Of a DNA stretch of 64,000 bases, positions 54,600 through 63,338 are shown piece by piece. Origin of the DNA: a virus (taxonomy: Duplodnaviria > Caudoviricetes). Every line of letters begins with the position of its first letter. Within the stretch, counting starts at the first letter, position 1. The DNA is taken from IMG/VR virus record IMGVR_UViG_3300044471_000009, positions 25,968-89,967 of that record; one strand, written 5' to 3'. The notes beneath the pieces were generated by a model. It saw only the letters and a program-made list of their open reading frames with translations. It ran no database searches and was not told where the DNA came from. The position numbers and the translations under genes are program-made.

Positions 54600-56672
54600 A
54601 TGAAAAGAGAGACCCCGAACGCAAAAAGAAGAGCGGTATCAATTAGCCCGTCAAGCAAAAACCACATGACAGCTACAATCAGAAGGGGCTTTGCTCTTCT
54701 GATTGAAAATGGACTGACACAGGGGGCGATTGGCCGGATTAGCTACAAGATAGAGGTTGAGGGTGGTACCTACAAAGGAGTTACAGCAAGGCGTGAATCT
54801 AATGATTATGGGGTCATGGAAACAAAGATAGACAAGTACGAATTCACCGCTTCATTTGTTGGCGAAGAGGCAAATGGCGTTGAAGTTGCCGCAGCCGAAG
54901 ACGCTGCGGTTGTTTCCGATGAGCAAGTAGCCGAGAAAGACACTTTGACAGTGGAAAATGCGCATACCGCATACACAGTAGAAGACAAGACTCACCCGGA
55001 ATATGGATTCAGACTATTTAACTACCAAGACCAGCCAATGAACGATGGCAAGAAACCACTAAGCAGCATTGGCACCGGAAGCAACGGCAAGGTGATTTTT
55101 GAAAGCGAATATCACCTCTACAGGATAGTGCACACGCGGGCTGATGTTGGTTTGAAAGACAATCAGGCCAGCAAGACCGAAGCAGCAAAGGTAAACTTCA
55201 GCACAGGCAAAGTCGCTGAAGAGTCCGCGCCTGACTACCGCGACAAGGAAATCCTCATCACCATGCACTGTCCGGTCAAGGGTCACAAGGTGGCGCGGCT
55301 TGTAAGCATGAATATGTTTTCAATCCCGGACTACAACGCCGACGAAGGCTGGGAGTGCAACATAATAACTAAGGACGAAGACAAGAGGGTGGAGCTGATC
55401 AAGCGATGGATAGACGAGCGGGCGAATGAGCAGCATGAGTCAAACCTTGAGTTTGTGAAATACGAAATTGTCGAAGAGGGGGTTTTTGCAGAGCGGGACT
55501 TAAACGGGCAGCTTAGGCTGGAAGCTGAAAAGCATGATTGTGAGGAACGCGATGTCAAAGTTGGGGATGTTGTCAGTAGCCGCACAGATGTAAACAGGCT
55601 CGGCCTAAGAGTTGAAACAACATGTACTGTCAAGCATGTTTTTGACAATGCTCTGCAACTGGAGGAATATTTTGAGCAGGACTGCATTACGGAAAGAAGC
55701 ATGTATGATGCTTTCAAGCCTTTTTATAACTTGGAGCTAAATTTCCACTGCCCGTTATGGCATTGCATTGGAGGCGAAAAGCTATGGCTGTCTTATGATG
55801 ACAAGAGCAAGGTTTACTTGATAACATCATACAGCGACGAGATAAACAAAGATGATGTCATGAACAGGGAAAAGGAATTTAGAAAATTCTCCTTGATTGC
55901 AAAGGAGCTTGGAGCGAAGGCATTTAAGGAAGGGGAGACATGCAAATCCGATCTTGACGATGATTTCAACGCTATGTTAGATCAGGTCAAATTCAAAGGT
56001 TTCAACCTTTCAGATCACTACTTTTTCGGATGGAGCGATGAAAAAGTAGCCTTTGAAGCCAGAAAGAAAGAGTCATTAGCAGCGGATGACACACGCAAGA
56101 AAAGCGATGAGCCTAAAGAGGTGAATGCTGAGGTTGCGGCTGAAGCGGTGCTGGACATCCAAGGGCCGGAAGCGGAGTTGGCTCTCGAATCAGGCATGAC
56201 TATTGATAATCCTGACTATTCATTGCTTGAGGCTAATGGCGTGTGGGGCGGAGAGTTCAGGGGCCAATGGAAATACAAAATACTCCACAAAAGCGCAAGG
56301 TTTTTCAATTCATCAGACAAGTGGCTTGCCATTGGACATGCCGTTGCGGCCTACAACTCTATCCCTATTGCTGACCGGGTTGGAACAAAAGAAGAGGCGT
56401 ACAACAAGATAAATAAAGCAAGATACGACAGGCTGGACGCAATATGGGGCCTCAGCTCTATGGATGAACTTAGCGGCATGATGCAGAAAAGCAAGGCCTT
56501 GAGTGGATCATTGTTTAGCAGCGCACTGAAGGGAATGGACGCAAGGCCATTCAGTGTTGCGAGAAACAGGAGTGTCAGGGATAGACTGAAGGTTGGATAT
56601 GTTGGAGAGACAATAGCAGACCTCGCTTTCTATATGGAAGAGCGGGCGAAGATCGAGGCGATAGTTGAGTAG
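54600..56672 (+). CDS. Large acidic multi-domain early protein
   Basis: About 690 aa; start re-called after GGAGAG; no recognisable motif. Confidence 0.65.
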   Translation: MKRETPNAKRRAVSISPSSKNHMTATIRRGFALLIENGLTQGAIGRISYKIEVEGGTYKGVTARRESNDYGVMETKIDKYEFTASFVGEEANGVEVAAAEDAAVVSDEQVAEKDTLTVENAHTAYTVEDKTHPEYGFRLFNYQDQPMNDGKKPLSSIGTGSNGKVIFESEYHLYRIVHTRADVGLKDNQASKTEAAKVNFSTGKVAEESAPDYRDKEILITMHCPVKGHKVARLVSMNMFSIPDYNADEGWECNIITKDEDKRVELIKRWIDERANEQHESNLEFVKYEIVEEGVFAERDLNGQLRLEAEKHDCEERDVKVGDVVSSRTDVNRLGLRVETTCTVKHVFDNALQLEEYFEQDCITERSMYDAFKPFYNLELNFHCPLWHCIGGEKLWLSYDDKSKVYLITSYSDEINKDDVMNREKEFRKFSLIAKELGAKAFKEGETCKSDLDDDFNAMLDQVKFKGFNLSDHYFFGWSDEKVAFEARKKESLAADDTRKKSDEPKEVNAEVAAEAVLDIQGPEAELALESGMTIDNPDYSLLEANGVWGGEFRGQWKYKILHKSARFFNSSDKWLAIGHAVAAYNSIPIADRVGTKEEAYNKINKARYDRLDAIWGLSSMDELSGMMQKSKALSGSLFSSALKGMDARPFSVARNRSVRDRLKVGYVGETIADLAFYMEERAKIEAIVE

Positions 56673-56688
56673 TTAGCCTGCCCATTCC

Positions 56689-56822
56689 GTACAAAGTTCA
56701 AAATATTGAACACGAAGTTTTGAACTTTGTACTAAAATTTAAACCAAACCAGGCACGTTGTTTTTGCAAGTGCGCAGTTTGCTTGAATATTTTATTTATG
56801 CAAATCTGGCACGGTTTTTGCT
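56689..56822 (+). promoter_or_regulatory. Sigma-54 module C
   Basis: 15-bp inverted repeat GTACAAAGTTCAAAA-N14-TTTTGAACTTTGTAC; TGGCAC-GGTTT-TTGCT at 56807-56822. Confidence 0.85.
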
Positions 56823-56882
56823 TAACAGAGTATATAAAGCAGCGCGGCATGGAGCCAGCAGTGTAAACCAAGGGGAATAAAA

Positions 56883-57146
56883 ATGAGAGCAAGGAAAGTT
56901 CAGATAAACGCCAGTAACAGAGTTATTCAGGACAACGAAAAAGAAGCAGCAAGGAAGCTGCAAGCGACATTAGTCAGGATAGACAAAGGGGAGAGATTTT
57001 TCTTCAATATAACAATCTTAGAAAGCAAGGGGCTGATAAAAGGAATAGGTCATTACCGCAACAATTCATCTGGGAATAGGGAGCGGGTCAATACAACATG
57101 GCACCTGACCGAGAAGGCAAAACAGTTTTGCAGCGTGGTGATTTGA
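56883..57146 (+). CDS. Hypothetical protein, first gene under module C
   Basis: 87 aa. Confidence 0.6.
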   Translation: MRARKVQINASNRVIQDNEKEAARKLQATLVRIDKGERFFFNITILESKGLIKGIGHYRNNSSGNRERVNTTWHLTEKAKQFCSVVI

Positions 57147-57484
57147 TGGCAAAGGGAACATGGGCGAACCGAGAAAGAGAAAGGGCTTTTTCTGGCTTGA
57201 GGAAGGAAATAGAGGCAGCCGATAAGCAACGAGAGCAGGATTTCAAAGCGTCAATTCCGGCTACCTTGGCGAAGAATAAGGAGGAAAAGGAGTTCATGAC
57301 GCAGGTTGCGCTTGGAATCATGGCTAAAATCAAGCCCGGTGACAGCTTGGAATATTTTGGCCTTCCGAATGTGATTGCGGCAAAGATCAATAAAAAGTCA
57401 ATAACAGACAGCAATGGCGAGCGATGGAGTGTTGATTCGCTCAGAGGCATGATTCCAGCGATTAAAAGGAGAACAACGAGATGA
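57146..57484 (+). CDS. Hypothetical protein
   Basis: Start re-called at MAKGTW, overlapping the upstream TGA. Confidence 0.6.
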   Translation: MAKGTWANRERERAFSGLRKEIEAADKQREQDFKASIPATLAKNKEEKEFMTQVALGIMAKIKPGDSLEYFGLPNVIAAKINKKSITDSNGERWSVDSLRGMIPAIKRRTTR

Positions 57485-57987
57485 AAAAGATTGATATAGA
57501 TTGGAAGCATTTACGCAGCACTTGCGGATGGATGCTTAAAGAAAACGCCAGCGTTGATATCATACGCTCGGCAGATGCTATTGAAAATTCGATCAGGAGA
57601 AAAAGGTTATTTGGCAACAAGGATCTTTTTGCAAGCAAATACGCAGGCGGCGCGGAAAACAGAGAGATTCTATTCACTTGTGCGGATGAGTATATTCACG
57701 ATGGAGAAGCCAGCATTGAAGTCAGTGAGATATTCAGCAAACAAATGTCTCGCATTAAGCAGCATGGAATTTTTTCGGCTCTGGAAATTGCGGCAACAGG
57801 TGGCGACAGGAATGTTGATCGAGCGAAAGAGGTTATCGGCAAACACAAGGGCTTGTTGTTTGCTGGCGGAGGCCGTGCAATAGAAACCGCTATTAAAGAG
57901 CTGAAGGAAGAAGGCATGGCCATTAAGTATCGTCGCAAGATTAACGACTACTGGGAAGTCGAGGTCGTTAAAGGGGATACGAAATGA
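57481..57987 (+). CDS. Hypothetical protein
   Basis: 168 aa, ATGA coupling. Confidence 0.6.
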   Translation: MKKIDIDWKHLRSTCGWMLKENASVDIIRSADAIENSIRRKRLFGNKDLFASKYAGGAENREILFTCADEYIHDGEASIEVSEIFSKQMSRIKQHGIFSALEIAATGGDRNVDRAKEVIGKHKGLLFAGGGRAIETAIKELKEEGMAIKYRRKINDYWEVEVVKGDTK

Positions 57988-58397
57988 AAAAGAAAGAAAC
58001 AATCCTGTGTCACACGTTCATCGGCACCGTGCCGCTTGTGGTTGGAAAGAAGTTTCTGTTCGAGGCTGAAGGACAACAGCCGCGCCAGATGTGTGTGGTT
58101 AGGGATTATCCATTTATCTACATGACAAGGTTCCTGATGCCTGGATATGAGGTTATTGATTGCATGTCAGGGTTTATGGTTCCGCACATCGAAAATCATG
58201 CACATGATGCACGGCCAGACAGGATAATTCAGGCTTTTTACGAGAAGATGCAAAGTGGCTGGGTTTCACCTGATCGCATCGCAGCAGTCGTAAAAGATGC
58301 CAAACCTGAAGATGTTAAGTGGTCAGAATCCGAGCTGTCGACTATCCCGTGCGAGGTGAAGACGAAAATAAAACAGGTTTATGGGATATGCCTGTAG
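57984..58397 (+). CDS. Hypothetical protein
   Basis: 137 aa, ATGA coupling. Confidence 0.6.
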   Translation: MKKKETILCHTFIGTVPLVVGKKFLFEAEGQQPRQMCVVRDYPFIYMTRFLMPGYEVIDCMSGFMVPHIENHAHDARPDRIIQAFYEKMQSGWVSPDRIAAVVKDAKPEDVKWSESELSTIPCEVKTKIKQVYGICL

Positions 58398-58422
58398 TTT
58401 TAATCTATCAAGGAGGCTGCAA

Positions 58423-58698
58423 ATGAAAGGCATTGAGGAAGTGACTGCGTACCGCACCAGAGACGGCAAGCTGTTTGCAAATGCAGAAATGGCGGCGATA
58501 CATGCGGAATGGCTTGCCGAGATATACAGGACAGACAAGGATGAGCTGAACCTGATGGTCAAAAACCAGTGCCGCTGTAAACGAGCTATGAAGTACCTGC
58601 GCGGCAAGGAAGCCGCCGCAATGCAGTCAGTGATTGCCAATAGGGCGGCGAGGATAGCTATGCTTATGGAATTTATCAAGAAAGGGAGTGGCGCGTGA
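58423..58698 (+). CDS. Hypothetical protein
   Basis: AGGAGG RBS; MKGIEEVTAYRTRDGKLF. Confidence 0.6.
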   Translation: MKGIEEVTAYRTRDGKLFANAEMAAIHAEWLAEIYRTDKDELNLMVKNQCRCKRAMKYLRGKEAAAMQSVIANRAARIAMLMEFIKKGSGA

Positions 58699-59003
58699 TG
58701 ACCAATATAAAAGTACGTGATGCCGTGCATTGCCTTGTGTGTGGACATATTACCTTTTCTTGCAATTTAAGAAGAGATGGTGATTACACGGTCAGATTTT
58801 CTATGGGCAGAGGGTTGACAATAGAAAATGAAGACGACGCGGGAAATGCTGAAAGTGCCACCAAGGATGGAATACTTGACCTTATCAGGCAAGGCGATTC
58901 AGCTTCTTGGCCGGACTGGAATAGTTTCCTGCTCTACTGGATAGGGCAGGCTGAAGGACAGAGCAGAGGACATGCAAGCTGCATAAGGAATCGCAGTTTA
59001 TGA
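58695..59003 (+). CDS. Hypothetical protein
   Basis: 102 aa. Confidence 0.5.
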   Translation: MMTNIKVRDAVHCLVCGHITFSCNLRRDGDYTVRFSMGRGLTIENEDDAGNAESATKDGILDLIRQGDSASWPDWNSFLLYWIGQAEGQSRGHASCIRNRSL

Positions 59004-59165
59004 ATCTTTACCCACTATAAAAAGTAATCCCGTTTCCTTGCCTCGCAAAACAGCAGGAAACGGGCCTAAATTCAGCGTTTATGGTGGCGGCGGTACGGTT
59101 AGGCGTTGAGGTGGAGAATGGCAACAGAGGGGCGTTTGAGGTGTTTCTTAACTAAAGGAGAAAAA

Positions 59166-59534
59166 ATGATGACAAGAGCAATCCGCAACACGGACGAATT
59201 CGCCGAGCTGCTTGATTTTGTGCAAAGCAGACTAATCCTGCCTGCTGAAGCTGTGCTGCCGGTCGAGCCGGTGGAATGCAAGGAAAACGCTAAGAAGTTC
59301 CACTACACTGGCTCGGAAGTGTTTTTCAAGGATGTGAAATGTATATCTGTTGAAGAGGTGAGGAAGCTGCTGTGTGCCATGAAACATTGCACATCGTCTT
59401 GCTATTACCATGAACTTTTTAGCAAGGCGATGTATGAATTATGCCCAGATGCTTGTGAGGCAGTGGAGGGATTCCTTGCTGAATGGAGCAGCGATGAAGA
59501 TGCTAGAGCTTGTGCAGCAGGACAGCACCGTTGA
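59166..59534 (+). CDS. Hypothetical protein
   Basis: AAGGAG RBS. Confidence 0.55.
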   Translation: MMTRAIRNTDEFAELLDFVQSRLILPAEAVLPVEPVECKENAKKFHYTGSEVFFKDVKCISVEEVRKLLCAMKHCTSSCYYHELFSKAMYELCPDACEAVEGFLAEWSSDEDARACAAGQHR

Positions 59535-59565
59535 TGAGCTAAGGCCATAACCGCTCCCCTCCCGA

Positions 59566-59697
59566 TCAAGTTCAATATTTTGTATTCAATATTTTGCATT
59601 TTGTACAAATTATTGAATTAATCGGAAGGCGTGGTTTTTGTAAGTATGCCATTTTGCTGAAGATTTTATTTTTTGTGAAACTGGCATTCATTTTGCA
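59566..59697 (+). promoter_or_regulatory. Sigma-54 module D
   Basis: Enhancer CAAGTTCAATATTTTGTATTCAA...TTTTGTACAAA; TGGCAT-TCATT-TTGCA at 59682-59697. Confidence 0.8.
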
Positions 59698-59763
59698 TAT
59701 ACCAAGGTAACAACAGTGCGGCAATCGGGCCGCAGAACAAAGAAAACCAGAGCGGAGAGCATC

Positions 59764-59979
59764 ATGGCATCACACAATGCAAAGCAGAGCAGGACAGCGG
59801 AAGCGTACAAAAACGGCCTGCGCGTAAAGGGATTTTCTTCGGCAGCCAGAAAGAGCCTGCTTGACCGCTTTGACTGCGGAACTGATTGGGAGATGCTTGA
59901 GCATGATGTTTTCTTCTTGCCGGGATTGTTCCGCGTCACGGACGTAGCTCTTGCTGAAATAGCCGAAGGGTTGTTTTAG
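59764..59979 (+). CDS. Hypothetical protein, first gene under module D
   Basis: GGAGAG RBS; MASHNAK. Confidence 0.6.
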   Translation: MASHNAKQSRTAEAYKNGLRVKGFSSAARKSLLDRFDCGTDWEMLEHDVFFLPGLFRVTDVALAEIAEGLF

Positions 59980-60012
59980 TCCTTCATGTTACATCTCAAC
60001 CGAAGAAACACC

Positions 60013-60768
60013 ATGAGCGCAGTAACCGCAGCCAAATCCACAATAGACAGGCTCCTGAGCAACGGCAATGCTTCCGCGACAAGCGGATTGATCAGGGTAG
60101 AAGAGGCCGACGAAACTCTTGACGGCAAAGTGCTATGGAAAATATGGTACTACACAGAGTCTTTCAGTGGCACCGGGATCAGCGTCAACTACCGGCGTGA
60201 GGGTAGAGCGTGGATATACACAGTAATGAGTGACGCTACTGATTCAGCGTTCTTCAGCAAGACAGGCACGGCAAGAACGCTGAGAGAGGCCCGTTTGGAA
60301 GCATTGACCGCTATGGTGGCCGGATGCACTGCGCAGGCCGGAAAGGCGGAAAATAGCATCAAGGAAGAGCTGCTGGAGCTGATGCAATGCGACCCAGAGG
60401 CTCCGCTTAAAGCCTTGTTCAAGGACGGCCTTGTTGAGGAAAGAAGATCAGCTTGCGCTGCCACAATCAAAGCTGTGCTTGACTCCGGCCTACTGCCTGA
60501 TGAACTGCGCGACCAGTGGAAGGCCAGGTTGCTTGAACGGCTTGCACTTCGCGAACCAGAAGAGGACGAGGAAATCCCCGGTGGCCTCCTCTGGTTAAAC
60601 CGGTTAGCATCTGAAGGAGACGCTTGGAAAGCATCAAATTATGCTACGCGGGGAGCTGTTTGGTGCCGCTACCACTCCATCCTGGATTTAGCCAAGCACT
60701 ACGCCGCCCTGAACGCTGAGCGCGAACAGCAACACCGCGACCTGCTTGCCCTGATCAACGAGATGTAG
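60013..60768 (+). CDS. Hypothetical protein
   Basis: About 251 aa. Confidence 0.6.
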   Translation: MSAVTAAKSTIDRLLSNGNASATSGLIRVEEADETLDGKVLWKIWYYTESFSGTGISVNYRREGRAWIYTVMSDATDSAFFSKTGTARTLREARLEALTAMVAGCTAQAGKAENSIKEELLELMQCDPEAPLKALFKDGLVEERRSACAATIKAVLDSGLLPDELRDQWKARLLERLALREPEEDEEIPGGLLWLNRLASEGDAWKASNYATRGAVWCRYHSILDLAKHYAALNAEREQQHRDLLALINEM

Positions 60769-60845
60769 CGCAAAGCCTGCCTGCAAGCAAGCAGAAGGCG
60801 AATTTGGCCGACAACTGGCCTTCAAAACTAAAGCGGAGAAATAAC

Positions 60846-61310
60846 ATGTTTTTTTTAATCGCCGAGAAAGCCATTCTTGCAACACCCGACAGCATTGCAA
60901 GATCAGAGAACACAGTTGACATGACCGCAGAGCAGCTTGCGAATGATTACGATACGCAAGTTAAAGCAAAGATGGCAAGTGCTGTGTTTATCAAATCTGA
61001 TTCCTGGTTCCCGTCCGAGCCAAAGTCAAGAGCAGAAAGACTTAGGTTGATGGCGAGCTACCTTGCCGCATTCAAAGATGACGCAGGTGAGAGGCGGGAA
61101 GTGCTTGACTATATATCTGGAAACGGAATGGTGCGGATTCTTTGGCTTGATCAAGCGCAGGCCGCGAAAGAAGACTATCCACCCGCTGGAGACCTTGCCG
61201 CACGGGTGGCTGCTGACTGGCCTCGCCTTGAAGCGCAAATAAAAGGGCGGATAAGAAGGGAACTGTTTGGCCACAGGGATGAGTCGAGCCAGTCCAACAG
61301 CCTGCCTTGA
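60846..61310 (+). CDS. Hypothetical protein
   Basis: GGAGA RBS. Confidence 0.55.
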   Translation: MFFLIAEKAILATPDSIARSENTVDMTAEQLANDYDTQVKAKMASAVFIKSDSWFPSEPKSRAERLRLMASYLAAFKDDAGERREVLDYISGNGMVRILWLDQAQAAKEDYPPAGDLAARVAADWPRLEAQIKGRIRRELFGHRDESSQSNSLP

Positions 61311-61338
61311 CCAAAAAAAAACTAACCGGTAAACCATT

Positions 61339-61749
61339 ATGGACTTGACAAAACCGATCAACCAAGGAAGCTGCATTGACTGCGGCGCGGTGATTCAGCA
61401 GCCAGCAGGTAGCGGCAGACGGCGGGAGAGATGCAAGGCCTGCATCAAGGCACGGGCCTCGCATTACGCCACCAAGTGGAAGGCGACAAAAGCCGCAGAC
61501 GGGAAATGTATTGCTTGCGGGAAAGACAAGGGAGAAGCAGGACTGAGATGTCATCCATGCGCCAGAAAACACGTCGTCTCGAGTCTAAGGTCGCAAGAAA
61601 GGCGCAAGGCAGAGGGAAGGTGTAAATGCGGCGGCATACCGCAGGAAGGGTATGCCTACTGCCCTAAATGCTTGCAGTATTACCGCCAATGGCGCAAGAA
61701 AAACAAGGCAGCCACAGCTGCTTCCAGTGGGATAGCCGAGAGTCTTTAA
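61339..61749 (+). CDS. Tandem Zn-finger protein
   Basis: CIDC, CKAC, CIAC, CHPC, CKC and CPKC; basic. Confidence 0.65.
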   Translation: MDLTKPINQGSCIDCGAVIQQPAGSGRRRERCKACIKARASHYATKWKATKAADGKCIACGKDKGEAGLRCHPCARKHVVSSLRSQERRKAEGRCKCGGIPQEGYAYCPKCLQYYRQWRKKNKAATAASSGIAESL

Positions 61750-61823
61750 AACCAACGCGCCGCACAGCCCACCTGTCCGGCACTCAAAAAAACTGGCTAT
61801 ACCGGCCAAAAGGAGATACGCAA

Positions 61824-62207
61824 ATGGAGCAAACGACAGTTGACACCACTCAGCTAAAGGCAAAGATTGATCAGCTTCGAGCTGAAAAGAAAGAAGCGCA
61901 TGATGCCGTGGCAAGGATCGAATACCAGTTAGATACAAAAGGACGAACTTTCAGGCTCTTCAGCGCAACCGAGGAGGAAAGGGGGTGGTATGGAAAAACG
62001 AAATATGCGCTAAGGAAGCATAAGCAGATGGCGAATGACTTGCAAGTGCAAATCGGAAAGCTAAATGAAGAGCTAAAGAGAGCTGCGCATTTAGAGTATG
62101 AAGCAAGGCGAGAAAAATGCTTTATCGTGATAGCCAAGCGAAAACTTCCACCCGCTGTTTTCGAGGCAATCTTGAACGAGACAATCCAGCAGGTAGGCGC
62201 ACTGTAA
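61824..62207 (+). CDS. Coiled-coil hypothetical protein
   Basis: AGGAGA RBS. Confidence 0.6.
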   Translation: MEQTTVDTTQLKAKIDQLRAEKKEAHDAVARIEYQLDTKGRTFRLFSATEEERGWYGKTKYALRKHKQMANDLQVQIGKLNEELKRAAHLEYEARREKCFIVIAKRKLPPAVFEAILNETIQQVGAL

Positions 62208-62271
62208 GCAAAAGCAAACCAAACGGGCCAGAGATCAGCTCTGGCCCTGAATATGAAGAATGGAGAAGTAA

Positions 62272-62559
62272 ATGATCACCCTGAATTTCTTTTTGGCCCT
62301 GCTTTTAGGCTGGACATCAGCGACTGCAAATACATATTTCACGACGAAATACGGGGGCGATTCCAATATGCTGATCATCCCCGTTGTCCTTATGGCACTT
62401 GCCATCGTGCTTGCGGCCAATGGCGGAGAAATGCAAGGAAGGAAGCAGCAGCAAAAGAATATGATCGAGGCAATGAATAAACAGCAAGAGGTTATCGTTG
62501 CGCAAATGAAAGAGCTTAACTCCAAGCTCAGAGCCAAGGATTCTGCCGAGGGCCGCTAA
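62272..62559 (+). CDS. Two-TM membrane protein with coiled tail
   Basis: Two hydrophobic segments. Confidence 0.6.
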   Translation: MITLNFFLALLLGWTSATANTYFTTKYGGDSNMLIIPVVLMALAIVLAANGGEMQGRKQQQKNMIEAMNKQQEVIVAQMKELNSKLRAKDSAEGR

Positions 62560-62572
62560 CCACCTTCCACCC

Positions 62573-62703
62573 CAAAGTTCAAATTCTTGTATTCAGCTTT
62601 TTAAACTTTGTACAAGAATTTAAACTAATCTGAACAAGCAGTTTTTGCAAACACCTGATTTTACGTGATATTTTTTAGTTTCAAAACTGGCACGACCTTT
62701 GCA
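62573..62703 (+). promoter_or_regulatory. Sigma-54 module E
   Basis: CAAAGTTCAAATTCTTGTA...TTTAAACTTTGTACAAGAATTTAAACT; TGGCAC-GACCT-TTGCA at 62688-62703. Confidence 0.85.
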
Positions 62704-62771
62704 TATACCAAGGTAAAGAATGCGGCAATCAGGCCGCAGAGTAAAAAAGCAAAACAGAGAACGGGGACACA

Positions 62772-63338
62772 ATGAGCCAGAGCATCACAGAAAAAGCGTG
62801 GACGCTTTACAGAGCAGCAGAAGTTAAAGCGGGCCGCAAGTTCACGACAGCCGACCGCAAGGGGAAAAACAGCGAGTGGGCAAAGGCAATGCGCCAGGCA
62901 TACGACGATGTAATGAGAGAGCGCAGGATATCCGCTGTGCAGCACCTCTTGAAGCAAGTGCCAGAATACAGCTACTGGTCTCTTGATCCAGAAAAAAACA
63001 GCGAAGGCAGACGGAGGCAATATAACGAGGTGGTTGACCACAACATGCGCATCATCGCCAAAGCAAGCGAGCGGCCATTGAATCAAAAGCAGGCGGCAGA
63101 AGCAAAGGCATTGGGCTTGAGCGTTAAGGAGTACCGCAACGCAGCAAAATGGGCCAAAGAGAACGGCATGAGCGTTACTGCATGGGAGGACAAAATTAAA
63201 GCAGAGGATGCAGTGCGGAAGAAGGAAGAGCGACAGAAGATGGATGAGCATCCTGCTTGGCTTCCCTCTGAAAACAAGAAAAAGGTTGCTGCAATGCGCG
63301 GCAGATACACAAGGAGGGGATATGCAAGATCATGGTGA
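62772..63338 (+). CDS. Hypothetical protein, first gene under module E
   Basis: 188 aa; KAWTLYR...WAKAMRQAY N-terminal module. Confidence 0.65.
   Translation: MSQSITEKAWTLYRAAEVKAGRKFTTADRKGKNSEWAKAMRQAYDDVMRERRISAVQHLLKQVPEYSYWSLDPEKNSEGRRRQYNEVVDHNMRIIAKASERPLNQKQAAEAKALGLSVKEYRNAAKWAKENGMSVTAWEDKIKAEDAVRKKEERQKMDEHPAWLPSENKKKVAAMRGRYTRRGYARSW

Noticed and set aside
56751-56768. Second sigma-54 box AGGCAC...TTGCA
   Set aside because: GG-to-GC gap is 12 nt rather than the required 10
56689-62703. CRISPR or mini-array interpretation of the repeated modules
   Set aside because: Copies are kilobases apart, degenerate, and always precede a gene start; no cas genes
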